Source: Trichodesmium erythraeum IMS101 (GTDB lineage Bacteria > Cyanobacteriota > Cyanobacteriia > Cyanobacteriales > Microcoleaceae). From it: a stretch of DNA of 32,000 bases. The notes below the pieces were generated by a model. It was not told the DNA's origin and did no database searches. It saw nothing but the letters and a program-made list of their open reading frames with translations. Location of the stretch: positions 3,990,001-4,022,000 of the forward strand of contig NC_008312.1 in the NCBI RefSeq assembly GCF_000014265.1, given 5' to 3'. The translations under genes and the position numbers were made by a program. Below, one piece after another: positions 19,524 through 30,220 of the stretch; positions within the stretch are counted from its first letter, which is position 1; every line of letters begins with the position of its first letter.

Positions 19524-20216
19524 GTGCTATATATTTGTCAGTATTATGAGTCAAGCAAATTTAGCGACTCCCTTCTACCATTCCCACTCAAATTTCCCAA
19601 ATATGGAGATAGAACCAATAATTGCCCAACCACAAATCTAACCAATGACCCCCAAAAAGATCTCAAATGGGAGGAACAACAACCGATTAAATACGAATAT
19701 GTTAACGGAAAAGTCTATGCCATGACCAGGGGCAGTCTTGGACATAACTCAATTGCATTAAACTTAGCCTCTGGGCTGAAAAATCACCTCTGCAGTAAAG
19801 AGTGTAAAGTTTTCATAGCAGATGCCAAAGTAGGCATTTCCGAAAAAGGTCCTTTTTATTATCCTGATGTCATAGTCACTTGTGACGATCGCGATCTAAG
19901 CGCTAGAAAAATAGTCTATCATCCTTGTTTAATTATAGAAGTATTGTCTCCCGGTACAGCACATTTCGACCAAAACAAAAACTTCAGGAATTATCCTCAT
20001 ATTGATACCTTAAAAGAATATGTTATGATTGAAGCGGAAACTATGAATATAGATACCTACCGACTCAATGACAAAGGAAAATGGGAACTTACAACTTACT
20101 CAACAGAAGAACCCACTACCAATCAAATAGACCAAGACGTTCACTTTACCAGTGTTGATTTCTACTGTTTGCTCTCCTTAATTTATAAAGACGTAGTTTT
20201 TCCTGAATTAGTTTAA
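19524..20216 (+). CDS. Uma2 family (DUF820) putative endonuclease
   Basis: KYEYVNGKVYAMTRGSLGHNSIALNLASGL, ...YYPDVIVTCD... and ...PCLIIEVLSPGT...D..K...Y match the conserved Uma2 / PD-(D/E)xK core that is abundant in cyanobacteria. The start is uncertain (GTG at 19524; see findings). Confidence 0.8.
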   Translation: MLYICQYYESSKFSDSLLPFPLKFPKYGDRTNNCPTTNLTNDPQKDLKWEEQQPIKYEYVNGKVYAMTRGSLGHNSIALNLASGLKNHLCSKECKVFIADAKVGISEKGPFYYPDVIVTCDDRDLSARKIVYHPCLIIEVLSPGTAHFDQNKNFRNYPHIDTLKEYVMIEAETMNIDTYRLNDKGKWELTTYSTEEPTTNQIDQDVHFTSVDFYCLLSLIYKDVVFPELV

Positions 20217-20533
20217 TTCAGGACTTGCACCCAGACAAGAAACCGAGCTTATTGCCACGATTTGGGATTGAAAGTTACCAACGCTAATTTACTAATTGTA
20301 GCACTTAATGTACTATATATTATAATCTAAAATTGCTATTTTTTTATGAAAAATCTAACTTTACTATCTGCTAAATATGTATTAGTTTTTGGAAAAATAC
20401 AAGCTACCTTTGCTTAGACAAATGCACGGACTTTTTTTACCGAAGATCTCCATTTGTTTTGTATTAAGTTTGACACAATTGATGAGATAATAAAACTGCC
20501 CAAAAATTAACTCAAATTTTCAAATTACAAATT

Positions 20534-22861
20534 ATGTCACAAACTCCCTTTTCTCCAGAAGAAATAGCATCTGAAGGCATCAAACCAGAAGAATATCAAG
20601 AAATTCTGAACCGCTTAGGTCGCCACCCCAATAAAGCAGAACTAGGAATGTTCGGAGTTATGTGGTCAGAACACTGCTGCTACAAAAACTCTCGGCCTCT
20701 CCTCAAACAATTTCCCACCACAGGTAAACGTATCCTTGTTGGACCAGGAGAAAACGCCGGAGTCGTAGACTTAGACAACGGACTCCAACTTGCTTTCAAA
20801 ATTGAATCCCACAACCACCCATCCGCTGTCGAACCATTCCAAGGAGCTGCCACCGGAGTCGGGGGTATCCTCCGAGACATCTTCACAATGGGTGCCCGAC
20901 CCATCGCTGTACTCAACTCTCTGCGCTTCGGTTCCCTAAAAGATGCCAAAACCAAACGCATTTTTACTGGAGTTATTTCCGGCATTTCTCATTACGGTAA
21001 CTGTTTCGGAGTGCCTACCGTAGGAGGAGAAATTTACTTTGACCACGCCTACACAGGTAACCCCCTAGTCAACGTGATGGCATTAGGACTAATGGAAACC
21101 CCCGAAATTGTTAAATCTGGTGCATCTGGTATTGGTAACCCAGTCTTATATGTTGGTTCCACCACAGGTAGAGACGGTATGGGTGGAGCCAGTTTCGCCA
21201 GTGCTGAACTGAGCGCACAGTCAATAGACGATCGCCCCGCCGTGCAAGTAGGAGACCCATTCTTAGAAAAATGTTTAGTTGAAGCTTGTCTAGAAGCATT
21301 TAAAACAGGGGCAGTAGTCGCAGCGCAAGATATGGGAGCTGCTGGCATCACCTGTTCCACCTCCGAAATGGCAACAAACGGAGGTGTGGGCATTGAATTC
21401 GACTTAGACAAAGTACCAGTCCGAGAAACTGGTATGGTTCCATACGAATACTTGCTATCAGAATCTCAAGAACGGATGTTATTTGTCGCCCAGAAAGGTC
21501 GCGAACAAGAATTAATTGATATTTTTAAACGTTGGGAACTTCATGCAGTAGTAGCAGGTACAGTCATTGAAGAACCTATTGTGCGAATTTTATTTGAGGG
21601 CAAAGTTGCTGCTGAAATACCTGCTACAGCTTTGGCAGACAATACTCCTATTTATCACCGGGAGTTATTGAGCGAACCGCCAGAATATGTCAGAAAAGCT
21701 TGGGAGTGGAGTGTGGCGTTACTACCAGCATCTACAGAACGTGGTATTGAAATTAAGGGAAATTTCCAAACCTGGAATGATATTTTACTGACTTTATTAG
21801 ATACTCCAACTATTGCTTCTAAAAATTGGGTATATCAACAATATGATTATCAAGTACAAAATAATACTGTTATAATACCTGGTGGTGCTGATGCTGCTGT
21901 AATTCGGTTACGCTCACAAATTTCTAATATTAATAACCCAATAACAAATTCTGGTGTTGCTGCAACAGTTGACTGTAATTCCCGTTTAGTTTATCTCGAT
22001 CCATATACAGGGGCAAAGGCAGTAGTTGCAGAAGCAGCAAGGAATCTCAGTTGTGTGGGTGCAGAACCTGTAGCGGTTACAGATAATCTTAATTTTGGCA
22101 GTCCGGAAAAACCTGTGGGATATTGGCAACTAGCAGAGAGTTGTCGTGGTATTGCTGAAGGTTGTCGGGAGTTGGGAACCCCTGTTACTGGGGGGAATGT
22201 CTCTTTATATAATGAGACTTTAGATGCTGATGGTCATCCCCAGGCAATTTATCCGACTCCAGTGGTAGGAATGGTGGGGTTAGTTCCTGATATTACTAGT
22301 ATTTGTGGTCAAGGTTGGCAAACTGAGGGTGATGTTATCTATTTAATAGGGAATTTAGTGGGTGCATCTTTAGCTGCTTCTGAATATTTGGCAACTGTTC
22401 ATGATGTGGTTGCTGGTAAACCGATCGAAGTAGATTTTGATTTGGAAAGGAGGGTACAGGCTGTTTGTCGTCATGGCATCCGACAAGGGTGGGTGCGTTC
22501 TGCCCATGATAGTGCTGAGGGTGGTTTAGCGATCGCTCTAGCTGAGTGTTGTATTAGTGGGAAGTTGGGCTCTGAAATTATTTGGGAATTGTCTGATTTT
22601 TCTAGTTTTCGATGGGATGAGTTTCTGTTTGGTGAGGGTGGTTGCCGAATTTTGGTTTCTATTGCGCCGGAAAATCAGATAATTTGGGAGTCATATCTTC
22701 AGGAAAATTTGGCAGATTTTTGGCAGAAAATTGGTCTGGTGGGTAATGCTGAAAGTGGTTTGCAAATTTTAGTTAATCAGGGTGTGTGTTTGATTAATAT
22801 AGATATGGGAGAAATGAGCGATCATTTTAAAAATGCTATTGAAAGACGTTTGGATTTTTAG
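20534..22861 (+). CDS. purL: phosphoribosylformylglycinamidine synthase subunit PurL (FGAM synthase II)
   Basis: 775-aa ORF with the hallmark N-terminus ([18 protein letters not shown]..., [34 protein letters not shown]) and a duplicated AIR-synthase-like fold throughout. Confidence 0.97.
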   Translation: MSQTPFSPEEIASEGIKPEEYQEILNRLGRHPNKAELGMFGVMWSEHCCYKNSRPLLKQFPTTGKRILVGPGENAGVVDLDNGLQLAFKIESHNHPSAVEPFQGAATGVGGILRDIFTMGARPIAVLNSLRFGSLKDAKTKRIFTGVISGISHYGNCFGVPTVGGEIYFDHAYTGNPLVNVMALGLMETPEIVKSGASGIGNPVLYVGSTTGRDGMGGASFASAELSAQSIDDRPAVQVGDPFLEKCLVEACLEAFKTGAVVAAQDMGAAGITCSTSEMATNGGVGIEFDLDKVPVRETGMVPYEYLLSESQERMLFVAQKGREQELIDIFKRWELHAVVAGTVIEEPIVRILFEGKVAAEIPATALADNTPIYHRELLSEPPEYVRKAWEWSVALLPASTERGIEIKGNFQTWNDILLTLLDTPTIASKNWVYQQYDYQVQNNTVIIPGGADAAVIRLRSQISNINNPITNSGVAATVDCNSRLVYLDPYTGAKAVVAEAARNLSCVGAEPVAVTDNLNFGSPEKPVGYWQLAESCRGIAEGCRELGTPVTGGNVSLYNETLDADGHPQAIYPTPVVGMVGLVPDITSICGQGWQTEGDVIYLIGNLVGASLAASEYLATVHDVVAGKPIEVDFDLERRVQAVCRHGIRQGWVRSAHDSAEGGLAIALAECCISGKLGSEIIWELSDFSSFRWDEFLFGEGGCRILVSIAPENQIIWESYLQENLADFWQKIGLVGNAESGLQILVNQGVCLINIDMGEMSDHFKNAIERRLDF

Positions 22862-22909
22862 CTTGAAGTAGGAAATATAACACTACACAAAAGTTAAATA
22901 AAATTTAAT

Positions 22910-22970
22910 CCCCCTACTCTTTGGGGGGGGGAAGTAAAAAGTTAAAAGTAATCTCACGAGTGAGTTTTTT
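22910..22970 (+). terminator. possible purL 3' hairpins (C5/G9 hairpin, then small hairpin plus T6)
   Basis: CCCCC TACTCTTT GGGGGGGGG lies at 22910-22931, 49 nt after the stop. It is followed by CTCA-CGAG-TGAG plus TTTTTT (22953-22970). Neither is a strong canonical terminator. Confidence 0.3.
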
Positions 22971-23956
22971 CTATATTGAAAAGATATAAACTTGTATAGG
23001 ACCTTACCTAAGTACACTACATATAACGTACATTATTAGTGAAGTTACCTTAATTCTAATTCTTAGTTTTTCTAGACAGATACTATCTTTAATGCCAGTA
23101 ATTTTCTAGTAGTAATCAGAGAATAAATCCTGGGAAAATCTTGTTTAATTTTATTAAATAAATCCACTAAAAAAATATAGTTTTTATAATCAAAATATCT
23201 AAATATTAAGCATAAAGATTTAAAATATGTTGATTATTTTCAATATTTCACAATTATTCAAACTAACTATACTAGAACCAATTTAGCACTATCTAAATCG
23301 ACAATATTAATCATGATGCAATCAACTGTTATTTAAGATATGAGTCTTTAAATTCACAATATTTATAGTGAAATATTAAAGGATAAATTGTCCTAAATAC
23401 ATCCACATATCTAATTTTTTATCACATAGTAATTCACAAAAGGTATGGATATAACATTTAACTTGGGCGACGACAATATAATGCCAGGGTACATAAGTTT
23501 ATTTGCGGGCACTTCAGCGATGAAGATCCTGGTATAGAAATAGTTAATTGTATATATTTCAATAATTATGCTGGAATATTCAGTAAAATTATTAACTCAG
23601 GCTTCTTAAATTCAGAAATTTTCCTGTACCATTAACTCAAAAAACTCTGACTGTTTAACTATCGTATTCTTGCCTCATCATACCTTCATTTACTAACGCC
23701 CAATATACAAATCAAATTATGTCCTAATTTTGATGATTTTTCATTATGTAACAATCAAACAAAAACTTAAGATACTGAACTATTCCCGATTTCTAGAAAA
23801 ACCGAAATTGATGTCTTAACCTATCCTTCCACTTCTAGATCAATTAGAAATCTGAATATTAGTAATATAACTATTTACTTTATATATAAAAACATTCCTT
23901 AAATGCTACATAAAAGTTTACTACAATTATATTTTTTTCTCGACATCTATGATCTT

Positions 23957-24658
23957 TCAAAAACTTTTTTTGTGTAATTGTTTTAGAGAAAGCTCTATAT
24001 TAGTAGTAAGTTCTTGTGAAGCTTGCTTTGTAGAATCACCCAAATAATCTTTAACTACTAAAGGAGAACCAATATTAACCTGTACACCACATCGCCAGGG
24101 TGGTGGTGCAGGATGATCGTATAAAATACTAATAGGAACAATTTTAAGATTGAGTTCAGCACGACTTGATATTACCTGTAATGCTATACGGGAAACTCCT
24201 GGTTGAATAAAATGAATTTCATTATCTTCAGGATATATTTTTCCTTCAGGAAATAATACCAAAATTTCCTGATTTTTTAGGATTTTAACACTATGACGAA
24301 GAGCAGATATTCCTGGTGACTCGCGATCAATGGGAAAACCACCCAAGCGACGAATAAACCAACCTTGAAAACCTTCTACTTGTTCTTGGGAAACCATATA
24401 TCGCAGGTAACGTTTAGTAACCAAACTTACGGTATAAGCGATAACTAGGGGATCCCAACGAGAACGATGAGTCGGCGCCAGAATAATTGCCTCCTCATCA
24501 ATAGGAATTTTTTCTTGACCCCTGACTTCTATTTGGAAATAAAAGGGCAAAAGAATCTTAGACGTAATAAAGTAACTCAAGGGAGTTAGCCAAGGTGAAA
24601 ATCCAGATATAATTTCTGGAGATGCTGAATAGTTTTTAGGTTTATTGTCTTGAGTCAT
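23957..24658 (-). CDS. 1-acyl-sn-glycerol-3-phosphate / lysophospholipid acyltransferase (PlsC family)
   Basis: 233-aa ORF with the acyltransferase H(x)4D motif (PTHRSRWDPL) and the FPEG block (VLFPEGKIY). Confidence 0.85.
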   Translation of the reverse strand: MTQDNKPKNYSASPEIISGFSPWLTPLSYFITSKILLPFYFQIEVRGQEKIPIDEEAIILAPTHRSRWDPLVIAYTVSLVTKRYLRYMVSQEQVEGFQGWFIRRLGGFPIDRESPGISALRHSVKILKNQEILVLFPEGKIYPEDNEIHFIQPGVSRIALQVISSRAELNLKIVPISILYDHPAPPPWRCGVQVNIGSPLVVKDYLGDSTKQASQELTTNIELSLKQLHKKSF

Positions 24659-24708
24659 TCCTAATATAAAAATAAGAAGAAGTTAAGGCTAGAAAGACTG
24701 TTACTCTC

Positions 24709-25342
24709 CTAAGAACAGGACAAAAAGCTTGACTCATAGAACAGGAAAAGGTTTCATAGAACTTAAACCATAATGTCCATCAACCTGAATATTTGGGAAA
24801 TTAGTTGATTACAAATAACTTCTAAATTACCACTTTTCTTGCCATGGAGCCAGAATTCAATTTCTCCCTTTATTTATGTAGGCTGTACTTAGAGAAATAT
24901 CAACTTGCTACAAATAGCAACTGCATTTTCATCTAATGCCCAAGTAAGTTATAATTACAAACGCCTACAAAGGTTTCTCCCCCCACTTTAACATAGATAC
25001 TAGGGAATTTGTCCAGGCTATGATTGCTATCATGGACTGCTTGAAAAAATGGGTAACGTTGTTTGGTTGCCTTAAAAGTAGAGCTTTTGACCTTGAGTTT
25101 ACTCATATAAATGAACCAGAACGTCTAACTAAAATGATATTTTTATTAACTTTGACACTGTGTTGAGTACACTGAGTAGGTGTTTGCTTAAATCAGCATC
25201 GTCCTGTGCTAGTCAAAAAAGATGAGGGTAAAGCTCAAAGTTTTTTTCCCTATGGTCTAGATTTTTGGTATAATATTCTCTTCAATATACCTAGCAAAAT
25301 AGCTGATTTTCATATGGCTTGAAAATTTTTTCCTGTACTTAG
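24709..25342 (+). mobile_element. decayed, internally deleted IS4-family insertion sequence (copy 1)
   Basis: Terminal inverted repeats are CTAAGAACAGGACAAAAAGCTT (left) and GAAAATTTTTTCCTGTACTTAG (right). The internal frame gives the transposase C-terminal relic ..WVTLFGCLKSRAFDLEFTHINEPERLTKMIFLLTLTLC*VH*VG.., in which TGA stops replace Trp codons. It aligns along its length with copy 2 but lacks about 185 bp. Confidence 0.75.
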
Positions 25343-25539
25343 AGAAATCCTATCTCAAAAGTGAAAGACATGAGCGACTAGAAGGCACTTATGTTGAAAG
25401 CAGAAAGAAAAAAGTAAAAGGAGCAGGAGCTAGAGCTATTTTTCAAGAAAACTAGTGATTTTCACAAGTGATTTAGAATTGCTATGATACAGTTGTTAGA
25501 AATTATTGATTAATATTGGTTTTAGCCTTTTTATAGCCT

Positions 25540-25790
25540 GGGAAAATGCTTAGTTTTCCGTCCGTCCAGAGAGCTCATGGATACTAGTATTTTAATTAGG
25601 CCTAGGTAGAATAATCTTAGGACAATTCTTCCAACTACCACCTCAGCTTGACCAAGAGGAGTGAGGGAGCGATAAATTCCCTACTCCTCTGTAGGGAGGT
25701 TGTATGCAACCTCCTTACCTACTTCCTCCCCCTGGGAGAGCTTAGGGGGAGATACCCTACTCTGATACTTTTTGAACAAACCCTAATAGA
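25540..25790 (-). repeat. dispersed GC-rich repeat, copy 2 (better preserved), immediately 3' of the aldehyde dehydrogenase
   Basis: This is the reverse-complement homologue of 13383-13600. It contains two strong hairpins: CTCCCCC-12 nt-GGGGGAG (25726-25751) and GGAGGTTG-TATG-CAACCTCC (about 25696-25715). Confidence 0.6.
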
Positions 25791-25797
25791 TCACCAA

Positions 25798-27270
25798 CTA
25801 CATCTTCATAGTCACAGTCTTAATCTCCGTATACTGCTGTAAACCATACTCACCTAGCTCCCGACCAAGACCAGACTGTTTAAAACCACCAAAGGGCGCA
25901 GCAGCATCAAACACATCATAACAATTTACCCAAACAGTACCTGCCCGCAGCCTATGAGCCAAAGTATGAGCTTTAGTCACATCTTGTGTCCATACTCCTG
26001 CAGCCAAGCCATACATACTGTTGTTAGCTCGTTCTACCAATTCATCAATATCCTTAAACTTAATAATGCTCATCACCGGACCAAAAATTTCTTCTTGAGC
26101 AATTTTCATATTATCTTGCACATCAGCAAATACAGTTGGTGCAATAAAATAACCGCGATCGCCAACCCTTGAACCACCACATAACATCTGGGCACCATCC
26201 TGCTGACCAGACTCAATATAACTCATTACTTTATTAAACTGTTCTTCATCAACTTGAGGTCCTTGTTCCACACGTTCAGTAAATGGGTCGCCTACCATCC
26301 GAAGTTTTGCTCGTTCTACACTCTTGTTAACAAATTCATCATAACATTTCTCTTCCACAAACAGACGAGAACCCGCACAGCAACACTGACCTTGATTAAA
26401 GAATAAAGCAAAATGGGAGCCCTCAATAGCAGCATCCATATCCGCATCCGCAAACACTATATTTGGACTCTTGCCACCTAGTTCTAAAGTCACCCGCTTT
26501 AAGTTACTTTTGGCAGCAGCTTCCATAATTAAACGACCTACTTCTGTCGAACCAGTAAAAGCAACTTTATCAATATCCTTATGGTGGGAAATGGCAGCAC
26601 CAGCAGTTGGGCCATAACCAGACAAAATATTGACCACACCAGGAGGAAAACCAGCTTCTATTACCAGCTCACCCACCCGCAAAGCTGACAATGGTGTTTG
26701 TTCAGCAGTTTTCATAACTAATGTATTACCCATTGCTAATGCTGGAGCGAGTTTCCATGCTTGCATTAATAGAGGAAAATTCCAAGGAATGATTTGACCG
26801 ACAACCCCCACTGGTTCGTGGCGGGTATAGCAAAAGTAGGGGCCACTAATAGGGATAGTTTTACCTTGAACTTTGTCAGCCCATCCTGCATAATAGCGAT
26901 AACAAGCGATCGCTAAAGGTAGATCTGTATTGAGAGAGTCTTTGAATGGCTTACCATTATCCAAGGTTTCCAGTCTCGCCAACTCTTCTATATTTTTTTC
27001 TATCAAATCTGCCAATTTGTATAGAAGTTCCCCTCGTTTGGCAGCAGAGATTTTTGGCCATTCGCCACTGGTAAATGCTTTGCGGGCTGCTATTACAGCT
27101 TTATCTACATCAGGTGCATCTGCTTCTGCAACGTTACAAATAACTTCTCCTGTTGCAGGGTTAATAGTTTCAAACCTTTTGCCAGAGGCACTTTCTACCC
27201 ACTCGTTATTAATTAAGAGTTTAGTGGGACCAATTTTCACTTTTTGTTCTGGTTTTGTAGCAGTTACCAT
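25798..27270 (-). CDS. NAD(P)+-dependent aldehyde dehydrogenase (ALDH1/2-like)
   Basis: 490-aa ORF with the catalytic Glu motif (LELGGKSP), the catalytic Cys motif ([13 protein letters not shown]), the cofactor-binding GxxxxG region (FTGSTEVG) and the C-terminal [13 protein letters not shown]. Confidence 0.93.
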   Translation of the reverse strand: MVTATKPEQKVKIGPTKLLINNEWVESASGKRFETINPATGEVICNVAEADAPDVDKAVIAARKAFTSGEWPKISAAKRGELLYKLADLIEKNIEELARLETLDNGKPFKDSLNTDLPLAIACYRYYAGWADKVQGKTIPISGPYFCYTRHEPVGVVGQIIPWNFPLLMQAWKLAPALAMGNTLVMKTAEQTPLSALRVGELVIEAGFPPGVVNILSGYGPTAGAAISHHKDIDKVAFTGSTEVGRLIMEAAAKSNLKRVTLELGGKSPNIVFADADMDAAIEGSHFALFFNQGQCCCAGSRLFVEEKCYDEFVNKSVERAKLRMVGDPFTERVEQGPQVDEEQFNKVMSYIESGQQDGAQMLCGGSRVGDRGYFIAPTVFADVQDNMKIAQEEIFGPVMSIIKFKDIDELVERANNSMYGLAAGVWTQDVTKAHTLAHRLRAGTVWVNCYDVFDAAAPFGGFKQSGLGRELGEYGLQQYTEIKTVTMKM

Positions 27271-27491
27271 ATATTTTTTCTAAAATTTGTGATAAATATT
27301 ACTCTAACCCATTTACATTTTATATAGTTTTAAATCCTAAAAACTTTAAATATTTTTAAGAATTTTGAGTACATACAGCAATTACTCTTTCTTGCTTTTT
27401 CTCAATTTGAACCTATGCAATAACTTGTGTCTAACATTCAAAACTTCTAATACTATATCTAGATAAAACTTCATAAATTTAAGTGATGAAC

Positions 27492-28310
27492 CTAAGTACA
27501 GGACAAAAATTTTAAAACCCTATGAAAATCAGATATTTTACTAGGTATATTGAAGAAAATATTATGCCAAAAACCTAGACTATAGCGAAAAAAAACTTTG
27601 AGCCTTACAGCCATATTTTTTGATGAATAGAAGACGATGTTCATCTAGCCAAACACCTACTCAGTGTACCCAAAAAAATGCTAAAATTAATAAAAATATC
27701 ATTTGAGTTAAACGTTCTGCTTCAGTTATGTGAGTAGACTCAAGGTAAAAACCTCTAATTTTAAGGCAACCAAACAACATTTCAATCTGCCAGCAACGAT
27801 CATAATAGTGAAATTCACTTCGTTTAGTAGTTTAGGAATTTCCTTTTTTCGGCAAAATCTCCCAAATTATGGGAATTGCCAAACCGTGATCAGCAATTCC
27901 TAACATGAGAATATTGTATCTATGTTTTCCAAGCTGCCATTAAGTTCAGTAATTACTCAAAACCCATTTTTGTGAGCAGTTCATAATGGCAATTACAGTC
28001 TAGAGAAATTCTCTGGTATCTATGTCAAAGTGAGGGAAAATCTTTGTAAGGGTTTGTAATGAAAACTTACTTAGGCATTAGATGAGAATGCAGTTGCTAT
28101 TTGTACCTGGTTAATACTTTTAACTTGAAATATAGCCTAGATAAATAAAAGGAAAAATTTGATTCTAGCTCCGTGGTAATAAAAGTGTTTTTTTAAAAGT
28201 TTTTTGTAGTCAACCAATCTCCCAAATATTCAGGTTTCATAGACATTATAGTTTAAGTCATATAAAACATTTTTATATTCTTAAATTCCAGCTTTTTGTT
28301 CTGTACTTAA
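27492..28310 (-). mobile_element. decayed IS4-family insertion sequence (copy 2), inverted relative to copy 1
   Basis: Inverted repeats are CTAAGTACAGGACAAAAATTTT (27492-) and AGCTTTTTGTTCTGTACTTAA (-28310). The minus-strand relic reads ..NILMLGIADHGLAIPIIWEILPKKGNSKT..YYDRCWQIEMLFGCLKIRGFYLESTHITEAERLTQMIFLLILAFFWVH*VGV.., the IS4-type C-terminal Y..R..E......K region. It carries stops and frameshifts. Confidence 0.8.
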
Positions 28311-28527
28311 GTTGCTCTATTACTGTATTTTAAAAGATTTTTCAAACAAGTTATTAATAGAATTTATTGTGGTTCTTTAGCAGTAGTATTACACCGATAT
28401 CCAAATATTTCCCTAAAAATATTCCAGTCAACTTAACTAAAAAAAAACTAATTTTTAGATAATCTAAATTGAATTTTACTTAAGGCAATAAATATTTCTA
28501 TATGAAGTTAGGCTATTGTTTCTCAAA

Positions 28528-29160
28528 CTATCGGAATTGAGGACCGCAAACCCAACAAACAAGTGCCCATCTTTTTCCTTTAATAATTGGTGTAACTTCA
28601 TGGAGAACAAAAGAAGGAAATAAGATCATTGTTCCTCTAGCTTTTGGCAAATTTTCAGCTTCTCTTCGAGTGTATAACTTCAGTTCTGAACCTTCATAAT
28701 CTTGGGGGTCAGAAAGTTGAATTGAGATAGAAATTTTGCGATAATAATAAGCTTCTCCAACGTCTATATGCTTATTGTAGTGATCTTGAATACTTTCCTG
28801 ATTTTTACTAGCTTCATAACATAAAAGTTGCATACTATCCATGATACCATAAATATCATAATTCCACCACTTATTGTTAGCATATTTAACACTGTTTATT
28901 AACTTTTCCCAAAGCCATCTTGTTGACTCTGAATAACTCAGACCCCACACATTTACTTGGCGAATTTCAGGCTTTATTTTTCCATCTACAATTCCCTTTG
29001 ATAACTTCATTTCTTTTGATAAAGAAATCACCCTTTCACATTCTTGTGCTGTAAAAGCTCCCCAATTTTCACCTGGTTGACAAAAATGCTCTTTTTGACT
29101 AGCGTCATAATAAGCATATTTAATTTGACGATATTTTTGTTGAGGATAAATCCAAACCAT
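28528..29160 (-). CDS. 2OG-Fe(II) oxygenase, PKHD/PiuC-like hydroxylase (paralogue 1)
   Basis: 210-aa ORF with the HxD...H facial triad (KHIDVG; FVLHEVTPI), the 2OG-binding Arg (GKRWALVCW) and the YEGSEL / ILFPSF blocks typical of the family. Confidence 0.85.
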   Translation of the reverse strand: MVWIYPQQKYRQIKYAYYDASQKEHFCQPGENWGAFTAQECERVISLSKEMKLSKGIVDGKIKPEIRQVNVWGLSYSESTRWLWEKLINSVKYANNKWWNYDIYGIMDSMQLLCYEASKNQESIQDHYNKHIDVGEAYYYRKISISIQLSDPQDYEGSELKLYTRREAENLPKARGTMILFPSFVLHEVTPIIKGKRWALVCWVCGPQFR

Positions 29161-29273
29161 ATTGTCTTAATTTCACTTTTTAAAACGATTTATACACTTT
29201 TGGCGTAGGCAATACAATCAGCAGTTTTTCTCACCTAATCCCCATAATCTATTCCCTACTTAAATTGTAGAAA

Positions 29274-29906
29274 TCATCTAAATTGAGGTCCTCCTACCCA
29301 ACCAATAAGTGCCCATCTTTTACCGGAAATAATAGGTGTTACTTCATGCAAGATGAATGAAGGGAACATAATCATTGATCCTCTACTTCTAGGTAATATT
29401 TTCTGATTTTTTTGTACATATAAATTTAGTTCTGCGCCCTCATAACTATTAGGTTCTGATAATTCCACAGAAAAAGAAATTTTCCGAAAAGACAAAGGAT
29501 ACTCATTATCTATATGTAGATCGCAATTATCTTGAATCTTCTCAGAAGTATTTGTGCTGTCATAACAAATGAGTTGTATAGACTCTAAAATCCCTACAAT
29601 ATCATAGTTCCAGCAATGGTTATTTCCAGATATAACATTATTAATTAATCGTTGCCAAACCCAATTTGTTTCTTGAGTTTGATATATTTCCCAAGCACTA
29701 ACCTGACGATAGCTAGGGTTAGTAACTTCAGCGATATAATTTTGAGATGTTGCTACATTTTGTGAAAGTGAAATAATCCAGTCACATTCATCTGCCGTAA
29801 ATACTCCCCAATTTTCACCTCTTTGACAAAAATGACTAGGCTCACTAGCATCATAACAGGTGAATACAGTTTGATTATATTTTTTTTCAGGATACATCCA
29901 AAACAT
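29274..29906 (-). CDS. 2OG-Fe(II) oxygenase, PKHD/PiuC-like hydroxylase (paralogue 2)
   Basis: 210-aa ORF that aligns without gaps to paralogue 1, with 109/210 identical residues by my manual count. All catalytic motifs are retained (LHIDNE; FILHEVTPI; GKRWALIGW). Confidence 0.85.
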   Translation of the reverse strand: MFWMYPEKKYNQTVFTCYDASEPSHFCQRGENWGVFTADECDWIISLSQNVATSQNYIAEVTNPSYRQVSAWEIYQTQETNWVWQRLINNVISGNNHCWNYDIVGILESIQLICYDSTNTSEKIQDNCDLHIDNEYPLSFRKISFSVELSEPNSYEGAELNLYVQKNQKILPRSRGSMIMFPSFILHEVTPIISGKRWALIGWVGGPQFR

Positions 29907-30220
29907 TTTTTATGAGTTGTCTATTATCCAATCAATAATTACAGTTTTTGACATTCTCACGACCCTACTCTACAAGATAGTAAATAATTTTATAACATCA
30001 AAAAGTCAACAAGTGGGAAGACAAAATAGAGGAAAAAAGTTAAAAATAGAGCAGTCGCTAGGGTAGTGAGGGTCTTCTCAAACTCTCAAATTTATTCCGT
30101 ACTGCGAATGTAAAGGCAAAAAGCAAATATCCCCTACTGACTTTCCCTTCTAGAGGTAAGGGTCTGGTTGACTTACAACTTCCGCTGTAATACATATCCC
30201 GCCTCTCATTTTCGTACTCG

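Noticed and set aside
18302-20216. Kinase, phosphatase and Uma2 endonuclease as a candidate defence or toxin system.
   Set aside because: The kinase and phosphatase are clearly degraded. Uma2 genes are extremely numerous and scattered in cyanobacterial genomes. The strands are divergent, and nothing in the sequence links them functionally.
20217-20533. Riboswitch (for example ZTP/pfl) or other leader upstream of purL.
   Set aside because: No ZTP-type conserved cores (GGGTCGTGAC.../CCGCCTGGGC) or obvious terminator/antiterminator pair were seen. The segment AGGACTTGCACCCAGACAAGAAACCGAGC may be a common cyanobacterial intergenic repeat, but I cannot verify that.
20680-21411. Antisense ORFs within purL (20680..20985, 21049..21411, 21111..21299).
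   Set aside because: They are embedded antisense in a highly conserved housekeeping CDS and are typical shadow ORFs.
23615-23635. Solo IS4 end (GAAATTTTCCTGTACC, resembling the IS right end GAAAATTTTTTCCTGTACTTAG).
   Set aside because: It is only a ~15-nt imperfect match in AT-rich DNA with no adjacent IS-internal sequence, so it could be chance.
25648-27283. Plus-strand ORFs 25648..25842, 25954..26172 and 26930..27283.
   Set aside because: The first spans the hairpin repeat and the ALDH stop region. The others are antisense shadows of the well-supported ALDH CDS.
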